A program made the position numbers and the translations under genes. A model generated the notes under the pieces. It searched no databases, was not told the origin of the DNA, and saw only the letters and a program-made list of their open reading frames with translations. A stretch of 56,951 nt of DNA, the filler included, from Dirinaria sp. TL-2023a (taxonomy: Eukaryota), in the NCBI GenBank assembly GCA_051941275.1. It is 4 parts of 4 records of this genome, joined end to end, with 100 filler letters (N's around TTAATTAATTAA, not from the genome) between each part and the next. Parts side by side here need not be neighbours in the genome. Positions count along the whole stretch, not along the records: positions 42,798 to 56,951 come from JAVEBF010000621.1; 3 more parts are not named here. One strand, written 5' to 3'. The first letter of the stretch is position 1, and each line of letters begins with the position of its first letter. Of this stretch, positions 48,701 to 56,951 are shown one piece after another.

Positions 48701-49705
48701 TGGATTGTCACCGCCGTTTTTTTCATCCATTTGGAAGAGATCATGCGTTTTGCTTTTACCACTGGACACAAGGCTTCAAAGCAGCTTTCATCCCCAGATG
48801 CACTGGGAACAATGCATGGCAAGATTCACGAGTTGATAGTGACTCTTCGAACCTGCCTATAATATCCAATTATCTCCAATCACACTCACGACGTAGTCTA
48901 GATAATAGATTTTCCCGTCTTTCAGCTTTCCACGCCACTTACACAGCTGGGTACACGGCTGGGTATGCGGTCATTGCTAGCAGGAGAGCGCTAATGCGGA
49001 GGGTTGAATATGCTCTCCACCAAAAATAAATTAAAATTCGCTCCCAGATCTCGACTGGGCGACTGCTTAAAGTCCATCACAGAGCTCAGTTTCCATATAC
49101 AGCTGAGCACAGATACTGGATTCTTCGACTTGAGCAACTGGCCAGCGATTTAAGGGACATCAGCATGACTATCGAGCTTGTTGATTTACATTTTTTTTTC
49201 CAGAGCCAATTTGATGGAGAGCGCCATTCCTCACCGCCCTAGGGCAGTCCAACATGAGCAAAGGTACTTCGTGCTTGCAGCACTTAATTCAGCTAAAAGC
49301 TTGCAAACAGACTGTGTGAATTTAGTTTAAGAGCTGTTCAGGCTTTCTTTTCCAATTTTGCGCAGTTTGAAACAACTCCACAGATATTGTCACTAGTCAA
49401 CGCACCTTTCCCGGTGCTTGAATAGCACAGTGGCAGCTCTACGACAACGCACGATTTGAAGAGTCAAGATACGACAAGAAATCTGAGACCAAGCCTACAC
49501 TGAAATCGAAAGATTCATATGGACATCACGCGCTATCACCCAATCTGCTTTCGTACTTCGTGGACGGTCTGTTCACTCCCTATGAAGCCGAAGCAGATCA
49601 CGCTTCTTCTTCCTTTCATTCCCGGATGCCCCACCCCTTCAACCTCCGATCGACTTTCCCTCCAACCACTTTGTCAAAGAAGAATCGGCAAGTGCCGTAG
49701 CAAAA

Positions 49706-51196
49706 ATGCTTCTCAAGACGGGATTACCTACTTCCCTCTTGATTGGCGCTTCCATCCTCCTCGTCTTGACAAGCCATGTCTTTCGGAATCCAGACCACTC
49801 TGTCAGCAGACGTAATAGCCCCAACGAAGTTGTTCTCTCTAATAGACTTCGGGCCAATGCTTCGGCTCCAAGGCTTGCAAGTCTTTTCGGGTTCAAGCCT
49901 TCCGTTCATGACAGCCTCTTGAATGTACTCTCGGTGAACAAATCTCACTCTAAGCGCGATGTGTGGTATGTTGCTTTTATAATATCACCGCATTTTAGTA
50001 CCTCTGCGCTAACTATTTTAGGACCGATGCGGTAGCTCAAGGAAGACGACTTTACCAAATAATTGAGGGCGGCAAATCTCTTCCGAGCCCTTTTCAACAC
50101 ATCAATTGGCTCACCGTACGTGTCTTTCCCGCCTTCTAATGAAAGCCAAGATTCCAGAGTGCTGAGGGACCATATAGGGTGTTTATCCGCCGGGGAGTCA
50201 CAACAGCGTAGGCTGGAGGTTGGTTGGACAATCTGGAAGCCCTTTATCGTCGCCTGGCGATTCCCCCGCAAGCCACGGCGATCATGGCGCACTGACCTCG
50301 TCTGATAACCCCCCGTCCGGTGCTGGCAGTAGACCGCGCGACTTGGCCTCGGCTAAGAACCTCTCATCAAATGTTGGCAGTCTTCTGGGCGCTTTGGCGT
50401 TGTCTGATAGGGCTAATTCGCCTATGGAAACGAGCCCCAAGCCCGGTGACTCCGGCTCCTCGCCGTCCCATGGCAGTGATAGCTCATCCGAATACCAACC
50501 CGTCAATCAAACGCCCGAAGACTACGAAACGCCTTTCAGATCGCTCAATATCCCGCTTGGTAATGACAATCAGAACTGGGTTGCTTATCAGGACCTCGAT
50601 TTTACCAACTGCTATGGTTCTGGGAAAGTAAGCATCCTAATACAAAAGTGCGCAATTCGTGTCAGCTGATAATGACTTGAAAGAAAGCTACTGGAGGATC
50701 GTTCGACAACTTCTATAACGTGCCCGGCAGGACTATTGTTGGAGAACACAATGTTAGCCCAGCTTATGAAATAAAGAGTTCTTATGCCGAAGAACATCAG
50801 AGTTTGCCGCCAGACTGGGAAAAGGCTCTGCCGTTCGTCTCACGATATTCGGACGTTCTCTGGATAGTATGGGCCGATTTGAGCCAGAAGGCAGGAAAAC
50901 CACCCGGTGACCTGAAGTACATCTTCAAACACAATGTCATAACTCAAGCAACTACCACAATAATGGAACGAGCTGTGAACTCGCACAAGGATCCTTGGCC
51001 TGGAAAAAAATTCACGGCGAATGATGATCAGTACATGGCTCTGTTGGCAACCGCTCATGGTAAAGGAATCTTCAACCTGGTAACCCAGCACCCGGCGGAT
51101 CTTAGGTCCAGGAAAATCGAGTCGATAACGGTCTTTTACACTAAACTTGAAGATCGTTGGCCTTCGCCACACTTGCTTTTTACTCTGACTGGCTAG
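49706..51196 (+). CDS. Secreted or membrane-anchored protein of an uncharacterised fungal family, 4 exons
   Basis: Hydrophobic N-terminus and a KR site (HSKRDVW). Introns at about 49966-50021, 50117-50177 and about 50628-50682 give WTDAVAQGRRLY..., a Ser/Pro-rich linker, then KATGGSFDNFYNVPGRTIVGEHNVSP...YSDVLWIVW...LKYIFKHNVITQAT...WPGKKF...ALLATAHGKG...KIESITVF. Confidence 0.75.
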
Positions 51197-51362
51197 AGAA
51201 TACAAGTCAATCGGTGGCTGTTGCAGCAAGAGCTTATCAACTGGGATTAAATATATCATAAATCCATTCGTGCCGATTGGTCCTGCTTTTTACTCTGACT
51301 AGCTAGAGAAGACAAGTCAATTGGTGTCTGTTGGAGTGAGAGCTTATCAGTTGGAATGATAT
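51174..51362 (+). repeat. Diverged direct duplication (about 80 bp, period 110 bp) covering the 3' end of the preceding gene
   Basis: TGCTTTTTACTCTGACTGGCTAGAGAATACAAGTCAATCGGTGGCTGTTG... at 51174 versus TGCTTTTTACTCTGACTAGCTAGAGAAGACAAGTCAATTGGTGTCTGTTG... at 51284. Confidence 0.85.
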
Positions 51363-54048
51363 GTCTATCAAACACGTTTTTGTCAATTAGTCCTCCAGCT
51401 GAAGTACGAAACTTTACTTTTGACTCTATCCTTGATAAGCATCATGACCTTCTTTTACTGATCCCTAGCTTTTCTGCGGAATGCGTACGGATTGGCAAAC
51501 CCGCATTAATAGTGGGCACAGATATCCGTAACCCGCTTTGTCCTTTAGTGTCTAGAATAAGTGATAGGCTACTTTTGGAAAAGGCGCTGTCTGTCTCCCT
51601 TGCTCTCGGGCAAGAGTACTGACAGCACGACCTTACAAAGCCCGGCAAAAGCACGAACTTTGTTCCGTCAACAACAAATTCGCATCACCCTGTTTGTAAG
51701 GTTTTGAAGGGTCGCAAATTGCCGATTTATTCACCTTCCCCGCACGATGCTCTTCCTTAAGAATTCTTCCATTCGCATTCATCAAGCTTCCTAGTATGGC
51801 AATCATATCGGCAAATCCCGGGTGCCTATATGTATCTGTGCAATGCTAAAAATTAGATTTTCTTTTTTTAAGGATTTCGCATTCAGTGCACGCACACATT
51901 CGAAGAGGATACAGTCATCGCGGTGTTCTAAGATGAATTTTTTCATGCCTCGACGAGCTTGTAATCTGTTGGAGGGAGCTTACGGTTCTACCCGAAGTAA
52001 CTGAGGAGGAGAACGCGGGACTTTACCTCGCGTGTAAATTTTTCGTAGACAAAGGTAGGAAAAACCGGCTGAGGATGTTTTTGGCTTATAATTCTCCTGA
52101 ATAAAATACTGAAAATCAGACCAGACAATGAAGAGGCTTGAAGAGACCGAGGGCCAAAAAAACCGAGGCTCGGAGAAACCAAGACTCGGAAAGTATTTGA
52201 GACCTTGATTTAAAGCAACAGCGTAATCTATCCAGTATTTGCGACCTCTATTGACTTGAGGTGGGAAAAGTTATAATTGAGTAAGGGAAAGACATCAGTT
52301 GACTGGTTATTATCCAGCTAAGGGTTATAAACTTTAAAATTGTCATTAGATGCTTTTATCTAATATATTGCTGGGATTAAGGAACATCAAATTCTTGATT
52401 TCTACTGCCTACATGAAAAGAGAGGAGTTTGGCCATCTTCAATTCTGATGGAGTCTGCTGAGTTTACAATCTGGTACTCCAAAATAAGACAACTAACTTA
52501 ACAGTGATCGAAGATACTCAAATTTCTGTTGTAATTGAAAGGAAATGCCAACAAAGACATTCTATTATTCAAAATAGTTCAAAGTACATTGGCCTTGAAA
52601 GTGCAGAAACCCCTGCTCACTTACTGCTCTCCTCTCATCCAGAAAGGGAAGACATTGAACCAAGTGGAGGATGTTTGCAATACAACATCCCTGGCAAGAT
52701 TTACTCAAGCATCATCAGATACAGCGGACAAACGAATCATTCTGAAGTGAAGTAATCTACTCTTGCAGTTTTCACACCTTATCGACTTAAGTGTCGGAAT
52801 CAAAATGGCGCAACAAGAATGTGAGGTTTATACCAAAGCGATGCTACTTTGGCTCGTTGTTCTCTCCTTCGTGATGGGTACTACAACTTGCTTACGCTTA
52901 TCTATTCACAAATTGCTCAGAATCATGTGTGCCGGGGCTTCAGTCGTCACAAATGCTGTATAGAAAAAGGGAAGATGTTTTGAAAACACAAAGAAGCCTT
53001 CTTTTCGACTTTCGAGTTGCCTGGACGCCGCTTACTTTATACATCTTAAATATATCTACTGTTATTCAAGTCGGAAATTGAAGAGAGACCTAGAACCAAA
53101 GAGCGTTAGAATATTCGAGTAACAACGCCGTATGCAGACACTGAGAATCTCTCCCATGGCAAGGTGTTTGGACCAGTATGCTTCATATTCTTTCATCATT
53201 ACGATGTCAATGAAAGGTCCGGTAGTTCTCGGCAGCTGGACATAGCAGCTTCGGAATCCAGATTTAAATCATGAGATGATCCGCTACCTAGTTGAATTTT
53301 GGATGGGTGCTTTCAGTCTTTGTTCAATTCTTGTTGTTATATCCCTCATACTTATCTTTCTCTCACAGCGCTCCGCATATACTATATAAAGACTTCTTCC
53401 CATTCGCGGTAAAATCGAGATATTGGAATATTGAAGTTCGAGATCAAAAGAGAACAAGTAGAAAGGATTAAAAAGCAGAGAGCGCTATACACTTCTCGTA
53501 TAGGCACAAGGAATTTGCCGGAGTTCTCATCACTTCTAATACTCGATTCACTCGTCGCGTGCATACAACATGGTCTTTCCTCAGAGCACATTTTCACAAG
53601 AAATAGTTGTCAAGCTTGGGAGTCTTAATGTACCTGCGTCCTCAATGAGCCGCTCAAGCGTCAGAGATGTCAACAAAAATCTCAAAAAGCGTCCACAATG
53701 GAAATTGATACTCATAGAAGATTTCGAGTGTGAGATTGGCCGGCTAGTTGGAAGGCTTTTGTGCATTATTTTAGCTTTCAACGAGTCAAGGCCCTTCAAT
53801 GATTTTCGCTCCGAAAGTCCTGCTAAGCTTGATGGCGCTTTCTGCTGTCTTCGATGGATCCCCTCGCTTCGTCTTTGACCTTTCTTCCATCTCAGTGCTT
53901 GTTTCCATCACATAGGGGGCTTGTGCTGCTGCATCGAATGAAGAATAGATTGTACCGGCGTATTGTACCTTTGGACCTCTATACAATTTGTCAGACAAGG
54001 TAATGGAAGTACTAAAGGGCTACATTGATAAACCCCTTGAAAGCGATA

Positions 54049-54216
54049 TTAGAACCCCCTCCTCCACCAACTGGACTTGTCACTGAGGTGGGCGAGGAAC
54101 ACGAAGAATGAGAGGTGGTAGAAGTCCTTCAGTTCAAACGAGAACGAGGGAAGTTAAAATACTATGTTCGCTGGAAAGATTATCAAGAACAAACAGACAA
54201 AATAACCTGAAAATGG
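54049..54216 (+). mobile_element. Degenerate chromodomain of a Ty3/gypsy (chromovirus) LTR retrotransposon pol C-terminus
   Basis: Translates as LEPPPPPTGLVTEVGEEHEE*EVVEVLQFKRERGKLKYYVRWKDYQEQTDKIT*KW: a Pro-rich linker plus the chromodomain pattern EEWEV..IL..R...GKL.Y.VRWKGY....TWE, with both conserved Trp codons now TGA. Confidence 0.75.
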
Positions 54217-55559
54217 ACGAAACATAAGACCAGCGTCTGACGACGTCTATATAATCTACATATTTATCGTACATCATTGAAGCATGAATCTCTATGAAGA
54301 CTACGTCGGATTAAATCTAATTAAACGCGTACTTATCGCGTGTACTTATCGCGTGATAGATACACTTAAGTGAAGTTCTCTATCTTTTACATTCTCAATC
54401 AAACCTTACTCACTGCTACCCCAAACTTTACTTTCATATCTTTCATACACACTTCGTCAAGTCTTACTTTCATTGCTTTCGTTGTCTTTGCTCACCCAAG
54501 TGATCACTGCTACTCCTGAACTCTCATCGACCCTTCGGGGGTCTTGGATACTCGTCTTGCAGCCGTGAAGATGATGAACAAGAAGCTGTCAGCGGGCAAA
54601 GTAGGTCTGTAGATCTATCACAACATGAACAATATGAATAGAGTGCTGTGGAGATTCACGAAGTATAGTCTTTACGAAGACGGCAAGAGCTTTTGCACGA
54701 GGGGTATGAAATGGGTCTACGTATCGAGTCTTTTAAGCATATTTATGATGTATTTCCCCAGAGACGCTTATCGGGACATGTAAGATTCTTACCCGTCTGC
54801 TGACGGCATCCCTCCGCCCAATTCGTCATTCAGCTCTTAGTCTGGCACCGAAATAGGCCATCAGTTGGAGAAGCGATATCTACCACTCTGTCCGCCAATG
54901 GACAGCGAAGAGTCGCACTTATTTGCTCCATGGTTGCTTACTTCTCTTCATACGTGGTCTCACCCATTTTTCAATATCGATCAGAGACATTCTGTAATCC
55001 GAGAGAATAAGCTCTATCTGAGCGAAGGAATATGTTCGATTTTGAAACAGGGCAAAAGATGTTTTTTGTTCTGTGATTGAACTCTAAATCGCAAAGTCTT
55101 TGTAATCTCATGTTCTTCATTCCGTATGACTTGTGCTTATTATTTTCCTACTGATAATTTTCTCACGATAAATCAGCATGGTCATTTCTACTCACATACG
55201 CGTAACTGAATATTAGCATCTCCAACTCAGATGGGCCTCTGGCAATTCGACACGCTTTCTTTACGGAGATCGAAATAGTTGAATATTGCTCGCAAATAAA
55301 CCTCTCAAAGAGTAGTATGGAAGGGCCAACTATCCTCATCAAAATCTTACCGGGGGAAAGACTACCTTTCCCACCTCAGAAAGACGATTCGATCTCTTTT
55401 CCTCCTAACAAAACATCTTTGATATTCTTTGGACTCCACTCCACTTATATTCTTTTGTATAAGTCTTCAGGGAGCTCTGGGATAAGCAACTCTTGAAGCT
55501 CATTTGAGCGCGTCCTTTGTCTGAGACCATTGCTTCAATTACGAATTTGACGAGGTCGC

Positions 55560-56951
55560 ATTGATAACCGAGATGCGACGACGGGAGCAGTCACTAAGGA
55601 ATCAATAAGTGCTCGGAAACCAGCAGTATTCATAGCGTTCACTGTTTCTATCGTGTCGAGTCGATCGAGAATCGCCTCCAACACGGTCCAAGCAGTCATT
55701 GATTAAAATAGTCACGAGACGTCACTGAGATAGAAATACACTATAATATCATCTCGAAATTATACAATCTCAGCGCATTATTTCACTACTGTACTCAAAG
55801 CATCTCTGTTAAAAGCCAATAGCCACAGGTCAAGTTAGCTCCTGCCGTTCACGACAGGAAAGCAGCGATCTAGGATTTAAAAAAACGGTACGAAGTAATG
55901 CTTATATTTATTGTGGGGAGTCAAGATGACATTTTTAGTCTTAAGAAATTTCCAGCTTTGAGAGTCTTCGCTAAAGAATTCAATTCGAAAGTACTGACCT
56001 TTGATTTTTATCATTCGGGATCGAGACTTCGTGACGGATCGCGGTGCTACAATGTGATTCTCAAAATTAGTTAAGTTTCTCGCAATGCTAATATATGATT
56101 TTCTCATCGTTCTCACGATTACAACTTCCAGCAAGAGAGAGAAAACCGGTAAGGACAAAGATACGAACAAGGAGAATGCTCAGAAAACAGGTAGGAAGGT
56201 CCCCGCGCTTGGAATGGAAGAAGACGTCGCAAAGGAAAGAAAAGTCGAGGAGACAGTTCGAGAGACAACCACGGGTGGAATGAGTGCTCACGATTCAAAT
56301 CTCTCTCATCTACTTGACAATCATCACAGAACTCATTATTCATCAGTCGATCAACTAAATACAATGCAATGATCTCAGAAGTCCTGCTCTAAGTGTTCTA
56401 TGATCGAATGTCATGATGTTTTTGTGTGTGACAATGCTAAGTGTCGTTATTGTTACTTGATTAAAAAACTCATGGGATGAGTTTTAGATTCTAATCAATT
56501 AGAAGCTCACAATTCTCATTGGAATTTTCAATCTCGCGTGATTGTCGTGCTTTTTTTGATCGTTGTTTGACGCAACCTGTGATTGTTTTTTCGATGGTAT
56601 TCGTTAAACCATTATCATTTCATTTCATTAAGTTTTGTTTGATGAGATTTTGAGTCATCTGATTGCTAATTATTTGTGCTCATAAATTTGTAATGAAACT
56701 CATCGATTGATACTTAAATCTTGCTCGTCGAAACGAAAATCGCTCATTTAACATCTCGTTTTCTGTAATCAGAGTGAGCTGAATTTTGACTTCTAGTTGC
56801 TTCATGATCAATTGTCAATTGATTATCAAAAGAATAATACAATCGTCGTGCATTTTTACAAACGATACTATCGCTTCGACAATTCAGTGACAAACTCAGA
56901 TTCGAACGCTTCAATCTCTTTATGTCTCAGGAACATAAGTGGCAGTCAAAT
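55560..56951. repeat. AT-rich, mutationally decayed repeat-like DNA
   Basis: No long ORF, high AT content, and no CC or GG dinucleotide between about 56611 and 56929. The element family cannot be identified by eye. Confidence 0.45.

Noticed and set aside
42798..49500. Many 60-130 aa ORFs in the gene-poor AT-richer region
   Set aside because: No recognisable domains or consistent exon chains; probably intergenic or decayed sequence.
56085..56480. Cys-rich peptide (SCSKCSMIECHDVFVCDNAKCRYC) following ORF 56085..56372
   Set aside because: It could be a decayed zinc-binding motif of a repeat, but it is flanked by stops and too degenerate to assign.

Overview
Intron-containing filamentous ascomycete (Pezizomycotina) DNA; the small secreted-protein families suggest a lichen-forming lineage (inference). 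It consists of four contigs joined by artificial N-TTAATTAATTAA-N linkers, so synteny across 14171-14270, 28440-28539 and 42698-42797 is unproven. Housekeeping genes: striatin (PRO11/FAR8), RAD14/XPA, PHO88/SND3, an EMC7-like 5' fragment, a HET-C family gene, importin-9/KAP114 and REV7. Between PHO88 and the EMC7-like fragment lies a compact accessory module: a non-RD kinase-ankyrin-TM gene, a hidden 3-exon 72-aa SH3/Tudor-like gene ending 120 nt before the kinase ATG, and a divergent HeLo-like-N/ankyrin/TM gene. This is a candidate kinase-controlled cell-death or non-self-recognition system. Contig 3 carries a modin-like gene broken by a single in-frame TAG at a probable Trp position (RNA editing, pseudogene or error), membrane proteins and several small secreted proteins, one with a nonsense codon. 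Contig 4 is gene-poor, with one 4-exon secreted-protein gene, a Ty3/gypsy chromodomain relic and DNA strongly depleted in CC/GG, suggesting non-canonical RIP-like mutation. All exon structures and family calls were made by eye, without database searches.
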